Positions 29,726 to 39,894 of a DNA stretch of 64,000 nucleotides are shown one piece after another (position 1 is the first letter of the stretch; the number at the start of each line of letters is the position of its first letter). The DNA is from Rhodospirillales bacterium. Its GTDB lineage: Bacteria; Pseudomonadota; Gammaproteobacteria; Steroidobacterales; JAHEKG01. Both the position numbers and the translations under genes were made by a program. The notes under the pieces are model-generated. The model was not told where the DNA came from. It saw only the letters and a program-made list of their open reading frames with translations, and did not search any database. The stretch is taken from the NCBI GenBank assembly GCA_024638475.1, contig JAHEKG010000001.1:4504-68503 (forward strand). The letters are read 5' to 3'.

Positions 29726-30172
29726 CTAACTGGCCAGGCGGGCTTTCACCCGGGCACTGGCTGCGCCCATGTCGACCTGGCCCGCAGCCTTGGCCTTGAG
29801 CGCCCCCATCACCTTGCCCATGTCGGCTGGCGAACTCGCGCCCAGGTCGGCGATCACTTGGTCGATGAGCGTATCCAACGCCGCAGCGTCGAGCTGAGTC
29901 GGCAAATAGCCGGTCAAACAGTCGATTTCGGTTTTTTCCTTGGCCGCGAGATCGTCCCTTCCGGCTTGTTCGAATTGGTTGAGCGAATCGCGCCGTTGTT
30001 TGATCATCTTCTGCAGCGTCGCCAATATCCCGGCGTCGTCTAACGTCTTCCGGCTATCGATTTCAACTTGTTTGATGGCCGCCAGCGCCATGCGGACGAC
30101 ACCCAGTCGCTCTTTTTCCCCCGCCTTGAGAGCGGTTTTCATATCCTGTTGCAGTTGTTCCTTGAGTCCCAT
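29726..30172 (-). CDS. GatB/YqeY domain protein
   Basis: 148 aa. The N-terminus 'LKEQLQQDMKTALKAGEKERLGVVRMALAAIKQ' is typical of the family. It sits between rpsU and dnaG. Confidence 0.85.
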   Translation of the reverse strand: MGLKEQLQQDMKTALKAGEKERLGVVRMALAAIKQVEIDSRKTLDDAGILATLQKMIKQRRDSLNQFEQAGRDDLAAKEKTEIDCLTGYLPTQLDAAALDTLIDQVIADLGASSPADMGKVMGALKAKAAGQVDMGAASARVKARLAS

Positions 30173-30195
30173 GGCTGGGATCGCTGAGCGGCGGC

Positions 30196-30411
30196 TCAGT
30201 AGAGGCGGCGGCGCTTACCCTCATCCCGGGAGCCGCGCTTGAGATGGCGTTTTACGGCCGCAGCCTTTTTGCGCTTGCGTTCTTGGGTGGGCTTTTCGTA
30301 AAACTCGCGGCGACGCAGTTCAGTTAAGATGCCCGCTTTTTCGCACGCACGCTTGAAACGCCGCAAAGCGGCGTCAAAATGTTCACTTTCCCGGACCCGA
30401 ACGCTGGGCAT
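30196..30411 (-). CDS. rpsU: 30S ribosomal protein S21
   Basis: '[28 protein letters not shown]...' is canonical S21. The 71 aa product runs from ATG 30411. Confidence 0.95.
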   Translation of the reverse strand: MPSVRVRESEHFDAALRRFKRACEKAGILTELRRREFYEKPTQERKRKKAAAVKRHLKRGSRDEGKRRRLY

Positions 30412-30520
30412 AACCATCCCCAAACAATATACAGTGACGACATCGCCGGCATAGCCGGCGACAAAGACCGCTTAGGATAGCAGTGAAAGTTCGGCTTGCA
30501 AAGCCTAGGGAGCAACGCCA

Positions 30521-31549
30521 ATGGCCGTTCTCGGCATAGAAACGAGCTGTGATGAGACCGGGGTCGCCCTCTACGACCCGGAGCGGGGCATCATTGCCGA
30601 AGCCTTGGCAAGCCAAATCGCCCTGCACGCCGCGCATGGCGGCGTCGTGCCCGAAATCGCCTCGCGGGATCACGTCGCAAAGCTGGCGCCAATGCTCAAG
30701 CAGGTGCTGGCGGAGGCCGATCTGAGCTGGGCCGACGTGGAGTTGCTGGCTTATACCGCCGGCCCCGGGCTCGTCGGCGCGTTGATGGTCGGTGCCTGTG
30801 TGGGTGCCGGGGTGGGCTTCGGCGCTCGCCTGCCCACGCTGGGTATCCATCACATGGAGGCGCACCTGCTGGCACCGCAGATGCCGGCCGGAGGCCCAGC
30901 GTTCCCGTTCGTTGCCTTGCTCGTGTCCGGCGGCCATACGCTGTTGGTGGATGCGGCGGGGGTCGGCCGTTACCGCATTCTGGGCGAGACCTTGGACGAC
31001 GCGGCGGGTGAAGCCTTCGATAAGGTTGCCCGACTCCTGGGGTTACCCTATCCCGGTGGCCCGCCCATTGCGGCCCTGGCGGAATCCGGCCAGGCCGATC
31101 GATACGCTTTGCCGCGTCCCCTGGCGCGATCCGGTGACCTGAATTTCAGCTTCAGCGGCCTCAAGACGGCGGTGCGCCTCGTCGTCGAACGTTGCCGGGC
31201 CGAGGACAGCCTGGAGCGGGAGCGGGCCCACATAGCCGCCTCGTTTCAGGCGGCGGTGGTTGATTCGTTGACCGCTAAGGTGCTGGCCGCCGTCGAGCAA
31301 ACCGACTACGACGCCGTGGTAATGGCGGGCGGGGTCGCGGCCAACCAAGCTCTGCGGCAGCGGCTAGCGCGGGAGGCTGCCGCGGCCGGGTTTCAAATTC
31401 ACTACCCGCCGATGGCGCTTTGCACCGACAATGGCGCCATGGTGGCCTACACGGGTTGGCGAAGGCGGGCGGATGCCGAGGAGGGATTGCCGGCCGTGAT
31501 TGCCAGACCGCGTTGGTCGCTCGAAGAACTCAAGCCACCAGGCGCATAG
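30521..31549 (+). CDS. tsaD: tRNA N6-adenosine threonylcarbamoyltransferase
   Basis: Carries 'LGIETSCDETGVA', 'HMEAHL' and 'LLVSGGHT'. It is divergent from rpsU, as in many Gammaproteobacteria. Confidence 0.95.
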   Translation: MAVLGIETSCDETGVALYDPERGIIAEALASQIALHAAHGGVVPEIASRDHVAKLAPMLKQVLAEADLSWADVELLAYTAGPGLVGALMVGACVGAGVGFGARLPTLGIHHMEAHLLAPQMPAGGPAFPFVALLVSGGHTLLVDAAGVGRYRILGETLDDAAGEAFDKVARLLGLPYPGGPPIAALAESGQADRYALPRPLARSGDLNFSFSGLKTAVRLVVERCRAEDSLERERAHIAASFQAAVVDSLTAKVLAAVEQTDYDAVVMAGGVAANQALRQRLAREAAAAGFQIHYPPMALCTDNGAMVAYTGWRRRADAEEGLPAVIARPRWSLEELKPPGA

Positions 31550-31558
31550 GACATCCGA

Positions 31559-31924
31559 ATGGACAAAATATTTCTGCGCGGTTTAGAAGTGCAGGCGGTG
31601 GTCGGCATTTGGGACTGGGAGCGTAACGTCACCCAGAAAGTCGTCATCGATCTGGAGATGGCCAGCAACAACCGCAAAGCGGCCGCCACGGACCGTATAG
31701 AGGACACCCTAGACTACAAGCGGGTCGCCAAGCGGGTCAGCGCGTTCGTCGAGCAGTCCGAGTACCAGTTGGTCGAAACGCTCACCGAGCGCATCGCACA
31801 GATCGTCGTTTCCGAGTTCGATATTCCTTGGGTGAGGGTATGCGTGAGTAAGCCCGGCGCCATCCGCGGCTCGAACGATGTCGGCGTTTGCATTGAGCGG
31901 ACCACCGAGGATTTCGATGATTGA
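31559..31924 (+). CDS. folB: dihydroneopterin aldolase
   Basis: 121 aa. The sequence 'DKIFLRGLEVQAVVGIWDWER...DTLDYKRV...LVETLTERIA' matches the FolB pattern. Confidence 0.85.
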   Translation: MDKIFLRGLEVQAVVGIWDWERNVTQKVVIDLEMASNNRKAAATDRIEDTLDYKRVAKRVSAFVEQSEYQLVETLTERIAQIVVSEFDIPWVRVCVSKPGAIRGSNDVGVCIERTTEDFDD

Positions 31925-32402
31925 GGTCTATGTGGGCCTCGGTAGTAACGTCGATCCCATGCGGCATCTTACGCTCGGCGTCGAACAGCTCCGCCAGCAC
32001 GGCCGGGACCTTCGGCTGTCGAAAATCTACGAAGGGCCCGCCATCGGCGTACCCGGCGACGATTTTGTCAATGCGGTGGCACGCTTTCGGTGGCCGCAAG
32101 GCGTCGTAGAACTAATGGCACTGGTGGCGAGCATTCATCTGCAAGCCGGCCGCGGCCCCAAGGAACGCGCCGCCGACGGGCGGAGTCTGGATCTTGATAT
32201 CGAGCTGTTCGGCCAGGCGGTAGATCCCCGTTACCGGTTGCCGCGCAAAGACGTATTGGCTTACGACTTCGTCTTGGCGCCGTTGGCCGAACTTTCGCCT
32301 CGGCTGCCGCACCCGCTGCTGGGTGCCAACATGGCTGCGCTTTGGGCGCCCAGGGCCGGGCGCACACTGCTGCGCTGCTTGGGTGATTATGTTCAGCCCT
32401 GA
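31917..32402 (+). CDS. folK: 2-amino-4-hydroxy-6-hydroxymethyldihydropteridine diphosphokinase
   Basis: 'VYVGLGSN' at the N-terminus and 'RSLDLDI' are HPPK motifs. ATG 31917 overlaps the folB 3' end. Confidence 0.85.
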   Translation: MIEVYVGLGSNVDPMRHLTLGVEQLRQHGRDLRLSKIYEGPAIGVPGDDFVNAVARFRWPQGVVELMALVASIHLQAGRGPKERAADGRSLDLDIELFGQAVDPRYRLPRKDVLAYDFVLAPLAELSPRLPHPLLGANMAALWAPRAGRTLLRCLGDYVQP

Positions 32403-32490
32403 CTCGCGTTACTGAACCCAGTTCGTACTCTTGTGGTCTACGTACGAGTAGACTCACGAATCAGGCCAACGCCTTATCATAAGCCCCATC

Positions 32491-33873
32491 ATGCCGCGCC
32501 TAGTCATTTTAACAATCATATGGGTACTCACCGGTTGTGGTGGCGGTGGCGGTGGCGGTGGCGGTGGCGGTGGCGGTGGCGGTGGCGGAACTTCGGGCGG
32601 CGCTTGTTCGGTCGCGGACGAGAAGAGCTTCGTTTTGTCGACTACGCAGGATTGGTATTTCTTCAATTCTCCCGACTTCCCCGGGCAGACGGCCAAATAC
32701 AACGGCATCAACCTTGCGAGCTACGCTACGGCGGACGACCTCTTGGAATTCTTGCGCTACCAGCCGACTCAGTTCGATCGCGGCTTCAGTTACATTACGA
32801 CAATCGCGGAGGAGCAGCAGTTTCTCCAGGGTCAGTTCGTAGGATTCGGGTTTGGCACCAAGTTCGTGGATGCGCCGGTCAACGATGACCTTCGCTTTAC
32901 CCGCGTGTTTTCCGGTAGTCCGGCCGAGCAGGCGGGCTTTCAACGCGGCGACCGGATCCTCGAATTGGATGGCCGCACCATCGCAGAAATCAACCAAGCC
33001 GAGGGCGTAAGCGCTGCCTTCGGCCCGGCACAAGCGGGTTTCACTGTCGACTTCTTGATTCGCGACAAAAACGGTTCGGAATTCAACGTTCAAGTCGCTA
33101 AGGCCACGGTGAACATCGATCCGGTACCGCCAGTGCCGACACGCATTATCGATCTCAACGGCCGGCCGGTGGGTTACATTAATTTTCGCTCGTTCATTTC
33201 CGCTGCCGAACCAGCTTTGGATAGCATCTTCGCGCAGTTTCAAGCCCAAAATGTGCGCGATGTCATTGTCGATGTCCGCTACAACGCCGGTGGCTTGGTG
33301 TCCGTTGCCGAGTATCTCGGCGACTTACTCGGCGGTGCCGCGCTGCCGGCGGGGACGGTTTTTTCGCGTACGCTGTTTAGCCCGGCGCGCGCCAGCAACG
33401 ATTCGGAGCGCCGGTTCGCACAGTTGACGAATTCGCTGGCGATGCTGGATTCCCTTACGTTCATCACGACCGGTGCTTCCGCATCGGGCAGCGAGTTGAT
33501 GATCAGTAGTTTCACCCCCCACACCACCGTGGTGGTCGTCGGATCGCTGACCGACGGCAAGCCGGTAGGGCAATCGGCTTTCGATTATTGTGGTACCCAG
33601 CGTTTGCGGTTGGTCACGTTCGAAACCGTCAACGCACTCAATCAGGGCCGTTACTTTGGCGGAATCCCGGCGGATTGTCCGGCCGCGGACGATCTGAATT
33701 TTGCCTTGGGTGATGTCAACGAGAGCTCTCTGGCCGCAGCCTTGTCCCGCATCGACACGGGCCAGTGTCCACCACAGCCCGCGGTACAGAAACCGCAGTT
33801 TGTGCAGGGTGTTGCAGAGGTACCCAAAGGCGCCGGCAGTACCCCCGCGCAGCGTTATCTGTCAGCGTTTTAG
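32491..33873 (+). CDS. S41-family (tail-specific protease-like) peptidase lipoprotein with poly-glycine tether and PDZ domain
   Basis: The signal peptide has the lipobox 'LTGC', followed by 17 consecutive Gly. It also has a PDZ-like 'GSPAEQAGFQRGDRILELDG', the S41 serine motif 'TTGASASGSELM' and a downstream 'DGKPVG' Lys. Confidence 0.75.
   Translation: MPRLVILTIIWVLTGCGGGGGGGGGGGGGGGGGTSGGACSVADEKSFVLSTTQDWYFFNSPDFPGQTAKYNGINLASYATADDLLEFLRYQPTQFDRGFSYITTIAEEQQFLQGQFVGFGFGTKFVDAPVNDDLRFTRVFSGSPAEQAGFQRGDRILELDGRTIAEINQAEGVSAAFGPAQAGFTVDFLIRDKNGSEFNVQVAKATVNIDPVPPVPTRIIDLNGRPVGYINFRSFISAAEPALDSIFAQFQAQNVRDVIVDVRYNAGGLVSVAEYLGDLLGGAALPAGTVFSRTLFSPARASNDSERRFAQLTNSLAMLDSLTFITTGASASGSELMISSFTPHTTVVVVGSLTDGKPVGQSAFDYCGTQRLRLVTFETVNALNQGRYFGGIPADCPAADDLNFALGDVNESSLAAALSRIDTGQCPPQPAVQKPQFVQGVAEVPKGAGSTPAQRYLSAF
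32539..32586 (+). repeat. perfect tandem hexanucleotide repeat (GGTGGC)x8, in frame (Gly-Gly)
   Basis: Counted directly in the sequence. It is preceded by a degenerate unit, GGTTGT, and followed by GGA. Confidence 0.97.
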
Positions 33874-33921
33874 GACCGTGCCTTCCAGGGGGGGCGGCTA
33901 GACGCCCCCAAGCATTCGGGT

Positions 33922-34677
33922 TTACCAACCCACGCTACGACCGCCGTCCACGGCGATAATCTCGCCCGTGACGTAGGGGGCATCACGTAACAGGAATAAC
34001 ACGGTCCGGGCGATGTCGGCAGGTTCGCCGCTGCGCTTGAGCGGTACTTGCTTCAGGATGCTGGCTTTTGTCTTGTCGCTCATGTCGTCCTCCGGCCAAA
34101 GGATCGCGCCGGGTGCGACGCCGTTCACGCGAACCTCGGGGCCCAAGTCGCGGGCCAGTGACCGAGTCAGCATCGCCAACCCTGCCTTGGCGGGTCCGTA
34201 GACGGCGTGGTCGCGCAACGGACGGCGAGCATGAATGTCGACGAGGTTAACGATCGACCCCCGGCTGGCGCGCAAGTGCGGCAGCGCCGCCTGACACACG
34301 AACAACGGTGCCTTCAAGTTACTGCCGATCAGATCTTCCCATTGGGCTTCCGTGATGCTGCCCAGTGGCGTGGGATAGAAGCTCGAGGCGTTGTTGACAA
34401 CGGCGTCCAACCGCCCGCAGTTATCCACGAGCGCTGCAATCATCGCATTGATAGCGCTCACTTGGTTCAAGTCGGCCTGCAAAATGATGCTGGAGTCTTG
34501 ACGCTGGCCGTTGAGCTCCGCACAGAGTGCCTCCGCTTCGGTGGCCGAGCTACGGTAGTGAATAGCCACATTGGCGTTCGCAGCGTGTAGGCTGCGGACG
34601 ATGGTGGCGCCGATGCGTTTGCCACCGCCGGTGACGAGCACCCATTGGTTCCTTAAGGAAAGTGGTTCCTGGGACAC
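33922..34677 (-). CDS. pteridine reductase-like SDR
   Basis: Carries 'VLVTGGGKRIGATIV', 'AIHYRSSATEAEAL', 'NNASSFYPTP' and 'YGPAKAGL' (YxxxK). This pattern matches pteridine reductase (PTR1/FolM-like) SDRs as I remember them. Confidence 0.7.
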   Translation of the reverse strand: MSQEPLSLRNQWVLVTGGGKRIGATIVRSLHAANANVAIHYRSSATEAEALCAELNGQRQDSSIILQADLNQVSAINAMIAALVDNCGRLDAVVNNASSFYPTPLGSITEAQWEDLIGSNLKAPLFVCQAALPHLRASRGSIVNLVDIHARRPLRDHAVYGPAKAGLAMLTRSLARDLGPEVRVNGVAPGAILWPEDDMSDKTKASILKQVPLKRSGEPADIARTVLFLLRDAPYVTGEIIAVDGGRSVGW

Positions 34678-34736
34678 GATTCGACTACGCCTAGCTGGGG
34701 AAGGCGTAAGGGTACACTAGGCCCTGGTTGTGCCCA

Positions 34737-35879
34737 ATGGAAGCGCGCAAAACGTTGTTGACCACCGATAACAGGCTACCTGTCCCCGAGAGTGATGCGG
34801 CGGCTCACAGCGAGCTGTTGACCGAACGGATCCGTGCCGCGATCGCCGCGAGCTCCGGCCAATGGATCGACTTCGAGCGTTATATGGAAATGGCGTTGTA
34901 CGAGCCGGGCCTCGGCTACTACGCGGCGGGCGCCGCCAAACTGGGCCAAGCGGGGGATTTCGTCACGGCCCCCGAGCTGACCCCCTTGTTTGGCCGCTTC
35001 ATAGCCCGCCAAATCCAACCCGTCCTGGCGGGCCTCAACCACCCCAAGATCCTGGAACTCGGCCCCGGCAGCGGCGCACTGGCCGATGCGCTATTGCGAG
35101 AGCTGGGGAATTTGGGCCAAGCGCTGGATGGGTATTGGTTGCTCGAGCCCAGCCCCGACCTGGCCGAGAGACAAACGCGGCGGTTGGTGGCCTGGGGTGC
35201 ACAAACCACCTGGTTGGATCGCCCGCCGGCAACGCCCTTTGAGGGCGTCATCCTGGCCAACGAAGTCGTGGATGCGTTGCCGGTATCCCGTTTTCAAGTT
35301 GTCGGCGAACGACTTGTGCCGTTTGGTGTAGGTTGGGCGGACGGCCTGACGTGGCGGCGGCATGATGGTGCTACTGCAAGCATTGCCCGCGAGCAGTTAC
35401 CGCCGCTAAAGGATGGTCACACTGGCGAGTGGTGTCCGCGCCTGGAAGCTTGGTTTGCTGCAGTGACCGCCCAGTTGCGGCGCGGCGCAGTGATTGGCAT
35501 TGACTATGGCTTGCCGGCGACGAGCTACTATCACGGGGACCATCCCGACGGCCGCTTGGTTTGTCACTATCGCCATCGCCGCCACAACGACCCGTTTTGG
35601 TGGCCTGGTTTGAGCGACATGAGTGCGTGGGTGGATTTCTCCGCGTTGGCGCGCGCCGGCCGGCGGGCGGGTCTGCAGTTGGCGGGGTTTACGACGCAGG
35701 GACAATGGCTGGCGGAAGGCGGCCTGGCGGCGTTGCTCGAGGGCGCCAGTCCGGCCGATTTGGCAGCAGCCAAGACGCTGCTACTCCCAGGCGAGATGGG
35801 CGAAGCCTTTAAAGTGATGGCGTTCAGCCGCGGGCTTCAATTCGAACTACCGGGCAGAGATCTGAGAGATCGGTTGTAG
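34737..35879 (+). CDS. class I SAM-dependent methyltransferase, DUF185 / MidA / NDUFAF7 family
   Basis: Carries 'YMEMALYEPGLGYYAAG', 'GDFVTAPELTPLFG' and 'ILELGPGSGALA'. ATG 34737 is preferred over the track's TTG 34728. Confidence 0.8.
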   Translation: MEARKTLLTTDNRLPVPESDAAAHSELLTERIRAAIAASSGQWIDFERYMEMALYEPGLGYYAAGAAKLGQAGDFVTAPELTPLFGRFIARQIQPVLAGLNHPKILELGPGSGALADALLRELGNLGQALDGYWLLEPSPDLAERQTRRLVAWGAQTTWLDRPPATPFEGVILANEVVDALPVSRFQVVGERLVPFGVGWADGLTWRRHDGATASIAREQLPPLKDGHTGEWCPRLEAWFAAVTAQLRRGAVIGIDYGLPATSYYHGDHPDGRLVCHYRHRRHNDPFWWPGLSDMSAWVDFSALARAGRRAGLQLAGFTTQGQWLAEGGLAALLEGASPADLAAAKTLLLPGEMGEAFKVMAFSRGLQFELPGRDLRDRL

Positions 35880-35916
35880 TTCGGCTTCAGTTTAGACTGC
35901 TACTATCTAGCGCTGG

Positions 35917-36738
35917 TTGCCTGGCCGCGGCGGAACTACTCCCTTGGAACTTCTCGATACTTTGTGGTTGGCCTTGTTGCAAGGTATTACGGAGTTCCTG
36001 CCTATCTCGAGTTCCGGTCATTTGATTCTCGTGCCGGCGCTACTAGGTTGGGAAGATCAAGGTCAGGCCTTCGACGTCGCCGTCCACCTGGGTAGTTTAG
36101 TCGCCGTGCTGACCTATTTTCGCCGGGACTGGGCCCGCATGGCGCGCGGTTGGGTGAAGTCATTAGGCGGGCAAGCATCGGCGGATAGCCGTCTGGCTTG
36201 GATGGTGGTCGTGGGTTCCATGCCGCTGGCGCTGGTGGGTCTGGTGGCCGCCGGCTGGGTTGAGGGCCACCTGCGCTCACCGGTGGTGGTGGCTGGTGCC
36301 ACCGCAGGATTCGGTGTGTTGTTGTGGGTGGCTGATTATTTTTCAGCGCGGCGGCGTGACGAGCACAGTCTGCGCGTGATCGATGCCCTCGCCGTGGGTA
36401 GCGCGCAGGCGTTGGCCCTGATCCCCGGCACATCGCGCTCCGGTATTACGATGACCGCGGCTTTGGCATTGGGATTGAATCGCGAGTCGGCGGCGCGGTT
36501 TTCGTTCTTGCTCGCCGTACCCGCCATTCTCATGTCGGCGGGTTGGCAGACCCTGCAATTGGTTTCGAACGCGGCTCCGGTGGACTGGGCCGGATTGGGT
36601 TTAGCTGCCGTGGCCTCCGCCATCTTTGCTTTCCTAGCCATCGCCTGGTTCCTGAAATTCGTGGCTCGATCCGGTATGTTGATCTTCGCTGTTTATCGGT
36701 TGTTATTGGCGGGAGTCATTGTTTATGTCGTGGTCTAG
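35917..36738 (+). CDS. uppP: undecaprenyl-diphosphate phosphatase
   Basis: Carries 'GITEFLPISSSGHL' and 'PGTSRSGITM', the BacA/UppP signatures. The protein is polytopic. The start is TTG and uncertain. Confidence 0.9.
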   Translation: MPGRGGTTPLELLDTLWLALLQGITEFLPISSSGHLILVPALLGWEDQGQAFDVAVHLGSLVAVLTYFRRDWARMARGWVKSLGGQASADSRLAWMVVVGSMPLALVGLVAAGWVEGHLRSPVVVAGATAGFGVLLWVADYFSARRRDEHSLRVIDALAVGSAQALALIPGTSRSGITMTAALALGLNRESAARFSFLLAVPAILMSAGWQTLQLVSNAAPVDWAGLGLAAVASAIFAFLAIAWFLKFVARSGMLIFAVYRLLLAGVIVYVVV

Positions 36739-37582
36739 CCGGCTTGCTCCAATCGTTTTGGGCCTGGTCCTGATACCTACGTTTGCTTTGGCGCAGGGCC
36801 GCCCGTGGGCCATCGGCTTAGGTGCGCAAATGGACGCCGAGGGCAGTTCTAGTACGGTAGCGAGTTTCGATATCGCTGCGACGGAGTCGACATGGTTGCG
36901 CGCTAGCGGGGCCCAAGGAAATTCTCCTAATGACCGAGGTGACATCAAGACCAGAACGCTGAGTGCGGGTATCGATCAAAGTTTCGGTTCTTTAGGGTTT
37001 ACCCTGGATTTGCAGCGTTGGGGAGACCCGGATTTGGTCGAGTCCGACGACGTCAAAGGGTCGGTTTACTTTCGCGGCGATGTGTTCACCGCAACGCTAT
37101 TGGCGGAGCACCGCGAACTCGACGTGACTTTTTCGATTGCGGGGCCCGGCGGAGATTTCTTCTCCCGCACGGTGGGGTTTAGCGGTGATGGCTGGGGCCT
37201 GAGGGTGTCGGCCAAACCCAATGAGAAATGGCGGTTTTTCGCGGGCGGCCGAAAGTATGACTACTCGGTCAATTTAGCCGCACTACCCAGGATCCAGATC
37301 GTCGACTTTTTATTTTCCTCCACGCTGACGTTAGCGAATAGCTTGCTGGACTATGAAGTCAGTGCCGGCTTCGAACGTTCTTTCGGCGACCGTTCGCTGT
37401 CGTTGACTTTTGCACGCGATCGCTCCGCGGTAGATCGAACGTTTTTGAAGAGCCTCGACATCGGGTTCCTATTTCCTGTGGGCAAGCGTGTCGATTTGGA
37501 GTTCAGTGTGGGTGCCAGCGATAGTCAGGATTTCGGCTCGGAAACGTTTGCAGGAATCTACTTGTTCTTCTACGGCGGCTAG
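36719..37582 (+). CDS. hypothetical exported protein, probable outer-membrane beta-barrel
   Basis: Has a signal peptide ending 'FALAQG', alternating-hydrophobic beta-strand-like segments throughout and an aromatic-rich C-terminus 'GIYLFFYGG'. No family recognised. Confidence 0.45.
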   Translation: MFMSWSSRLAPIVLGLVLIPTFALAQGRPWAIGLGAQMDAEGSSSTVASFDIAATESTWLRASGAQGNSPNDRGDIKTRTLSAGIDQSFGSLGFTLDLQRWGDPDLVESDDVKGSVYFRGDVFTATLLAEHRELDVTFSIAGPGGDFFSRTVGFSGDGWGLRVSAKPNEKWRFFAGGRKYDYSVNLAALPRIQIVDFLFSSTLTLANSLLDYEVSAGFERSFGDRSLSLTFARDRSAVDRTFLKSLDIGFLFPVGKRVDLEFSVGASDSQDFGSETFAGIYLFFYGG

Positions 37583-38793
37583 TGAGTTGTCTGCTTCAGC
37601 GCTTGCAAGCGCAAGTCGCGTAACGCCTGGCCGAACGCCGCACCGGTCAAGTCGCCGGGCACACTATCAGTTTGTACCGCCGCTACGGCCGACAACGCCG
37701 ATCTGAGCCGTTCCGCTTGCGGATAGGGTTCGTCCTCACGGCCTTTGCGGCCGCGTGCATCGGCTTCGCAGGCGGTCAGAAAAGCTTCGAAATCCGCGGG
37801 GCGCCGCAGCGCGTCAACGGCTTCGAGTAGTTTTAGGATAGTGGACGCCCGCAGTTCACCGGCACGATGCACCAGGCCGTGATATTGCGCGACGCGGCGC
37901 GCCAGCTGGGCAAACCGCCGCGGTACCGGCAGGCGTTGGGCCAGCTCGTCAATCAGCTCGACGCTACGCTGTTCATGGCCGACATGTTTGGGCCATTGCT
38001 CGCGGGGTGTGGTGCCTTTACCGAGGTCATGGGTCAGCACGGCAAAGCGTACTTCGGGTTGCGACGTCAATCGAGCGGCTTGTTGTAACGCCATCTCGAC
38101 GTGTACGCCCGTATCAATCTCCGGGTGCCAGCGAGGAGGCTGGGGTACACCATAGAGACGATCGATCTCCGGCAACAGCACCCGCAGGGCACCGCAGCTA
38201 CGCAGGGTTGCCAGGAACGCCTGGGGTGCGGGTTCGGTCAATGCGCGCTCTAGCTCCTGCCAAAGGCGCTCTGGCCGGAGGTTTAGAAGCTCGCCGCTTT
38301 CGACCATGGTTTGCATGAGCACACGGGTTTCCTCGGCGAGGGTAAAGCCGAGTGGGGCGAACCGGGCCGCGAACCGCGCCACCCGGGCGACACGAACCGG
38401 GTCTTCTGCGAAGGCTGGCGACACGTGCCGGAGCGAACGCGCCGCGAGGTCGGCCTGTCCACCGAAGGGATCGATGAGGGTGCCATCGGCAGCGCGCGCC
38501 ATGGCGTTGATCGTCAGATCGCGGCGCTGCAAGTCTTGCTCGAGACTGACGGCCTCCCCGGTATCGAAGCTAAAGCCGTGATAACCGGGGCCGGTCTTGC
38601 GTTCCGTTCGCGCCAGCGCGTATTCCTCCTGCGTCTCGGGATGCAAGAATACCGGGAAATCCTTGCCCACCCGGCGGTAACCCAGCGCTTCAAGCTCACT
38701 GGCGCTCGCGCCGACAACCACCCAATCCCTCTCGCGCGCAGGGAGTCCTAATAGCCGGTCCCTCACGGCGCCGCCAACCAGATAAACTTCCAT
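37579..38793 (-). CDS. cca: multifunctional CCA-adding enzyme (tRNA nucleotidyltransferase with HD domain)
   Basis: Carries '[28 protein letters not shown]', 'RRDLTINA' and the HD region 'LTHDLGK'. ATG 38793 matches the canonical N-terminus; the track ORF extends to 38835. Confidence 0.9.
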   Translation of the reverse strand: MEVYLVGGAVRDRLLGLPARERDWVVVGASASELEALGYRRVGKDFPVFLHPETQEEYALARTERKTGPGYHGFSFDTGEAVSLEQDLQRRDLTINAMARAADGTLIDPFGGQADLAARSLRHVSPAFAEDPVRVARVARFAARFAPLGFTLAEETRVLMQTMVESGELLNLRPERLWQELERALTEPAPQAFLATLRSCGALRVLLPEIDRLYGVPQPPRWHPEIDTGVHVEMALQQAARLTSQPEVRFAVLTHDLGKGTTPREQWPKHVGHEQRSVELIDELAQRLPVPRRFAQLARRVAQYHGLVHRAGELRASTILKLLEAVDALRRPADFEAFLTACEADARGRKGREDEPYPQAERLRSALSAVAAVQTDSVPGDLTGAAFGQALRDLRLQALKQTTH

Positions 38794-38799
38794 GCCAGA

Positions 38800-39894
38800 A
38801 TGATACTTGATGCGCACACCTGGCAGTGGATCCATGCGGCGAGACTTCGTTGGGGGTTGGCGTTGCTTGTGGTTTTAGCGCTGCAAGGTTGTGTTGTGGG
38901 TTACTACGGTCAGGCGGTGCGCGGTCAGCTAGAGATTTTTTCCCGACGCCAGCCGATTGAGCGATTGCTTCAGGATCCGGACACGGATACTGAACTTGTC
39001 ACGCAGTTACGCCGCGTGCTGGCGGCTCGGCGTTTCGCCGTGGCGGACCTAGGTTTGCCGGACAACGGTAGCTATGCGGCATACGCCGATCTCGAGCGGC
39101 CCTTTGTCGTTTGGAACGTCGTTGCCGCCGACCGCTTTTCCGTGGACCCGCAACAGTGGTGTTTCGTATTCGTGGGTTGTTTGAGCTACCGCGGTTTCTT
39201 TCGAGAAGAAAAAGCCCGCGCTTTCGCGGCGAAACTGTCCGCCAAGGGCATGGACACCTACGTGGGCGGCGTCGCCGCCTATTCCACCCTCGGCGTTTTC
39301 AAGGATCCCGTGCTCAATACGATGTTGAGTCGCGGCGAACGCTACGTCGCCTCTACGATATTCCATGAGTTGGCCCACCAGTTGGTTTATATCAAAGGCG
39401 ATTCGGCTTTCAACGAGGCCTTTGCGACGGCGGTGGAGGAGTACGCAACCGTTGGATGGCTGGCGTCGGAGCAACGTTACGACGAAGTCGAAGCCTACCG
39501 AGCGCAGCTCGACCGGCGTGACCGTTTCAGCGAACTGATCGAAGCGACGCGGCTGCGCCTGGAAGGGGTTTACGCTCGGGGTACCGAGGCGGACAAGCAA
39601 GCCGGCAAACGGGCGGTTTTCGAAGAACTGCAGAGGCAGTATATGGACTTGCGCCAACAATGGGGCGGTCACGAGGACTATGACCGATTCTTCGCCCAGC
39701 CCCTCAACAATGCACATTTGGCGGGGGTGGCTACCTACCGGAAATGGGTGCCGGCAATGAGGCTCGTGCTGAGCGATGAGGCCGGGCTCACTGAATTGGT
39801 GGCATGGGCGGAAACCATGGCGGAGTTAGACTTCGAAAGTCGGCGCGAGGAACTGAACCGTCTCCGCAGACAAGCGTTACAGGATCGCGGTTAA
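38800..39894 (+). CDS. predicted zinc aminopeptidase lipoprotein (COG4324-like)
   Basis: Has a lipobox-like 'ALQGC', the 'FHELAHQ' HExxH zinc motif, and a length and layout that fit the 'putative aminopeptidase' family. Confidence 0.65.
   Translation: MILDAHTWQWIHAARLRWGLALLVVLALQGCVVGYYGQAVRGQLEIFSRRQPIERLLQDPDTDTELVTQLRRVLAARRFAVADLGLPDNGSYAAYADLERPFVVWNVVAADRFSVDPQQWCFVFVGCLSYRGFFREEKARAFAAKLSAKGMDTYVGGVAAYSTLGVFKDPVLNTMLSRGERYVASTIFHELAHQLVYIKGDSAFNEAFATAVEEYATVGWLASEQRYDEVEAYRAQLDRRDRFSELIEATRLRLEGVYARGTEADKQAGKRAVFEELQRQYMDLRQQWGGHEDYDRFFAQPLNNAHLAGVATYRKWVPAMRLVLSDEAGLTELVAWAETMAELDFESRREELNRLRRQALQDRG

Noticed and set aside
32539-32586. Could the regular repeat be a CRISPR array or a phase-variation on/off switch?
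   Set aside because: The units are 6 nt with no spacers, so it is not a CRISPR array. The unit length is a multiple of 3, so slippage keeps the reading frame. It can vary length but cannot switch the gene on or off.
32454-32711. A minus-strand ORF containing a poly-proline run, and a plus-strand alternative frame encoding (Val-Ala)n, both across the GGTGGC repeat.
   Set aside because: These are by-products of the hexanucleotide repeat. Only the Gly frame continues into a protein with a signal peptide, a lipobox, a PDZ domain and S41 motifs.
33890-33909. The hairpin GGGGGCG-GCTAGA-CGCCCCC between the convergent S41 peptidase and pteridine reductase genes, considered as a terminator.
   Set aside because: The stem is real, but there is no U-tract on either strand. 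I do not list it as a terminator; it may still act as an RNA-stabilising or Rho-related element.
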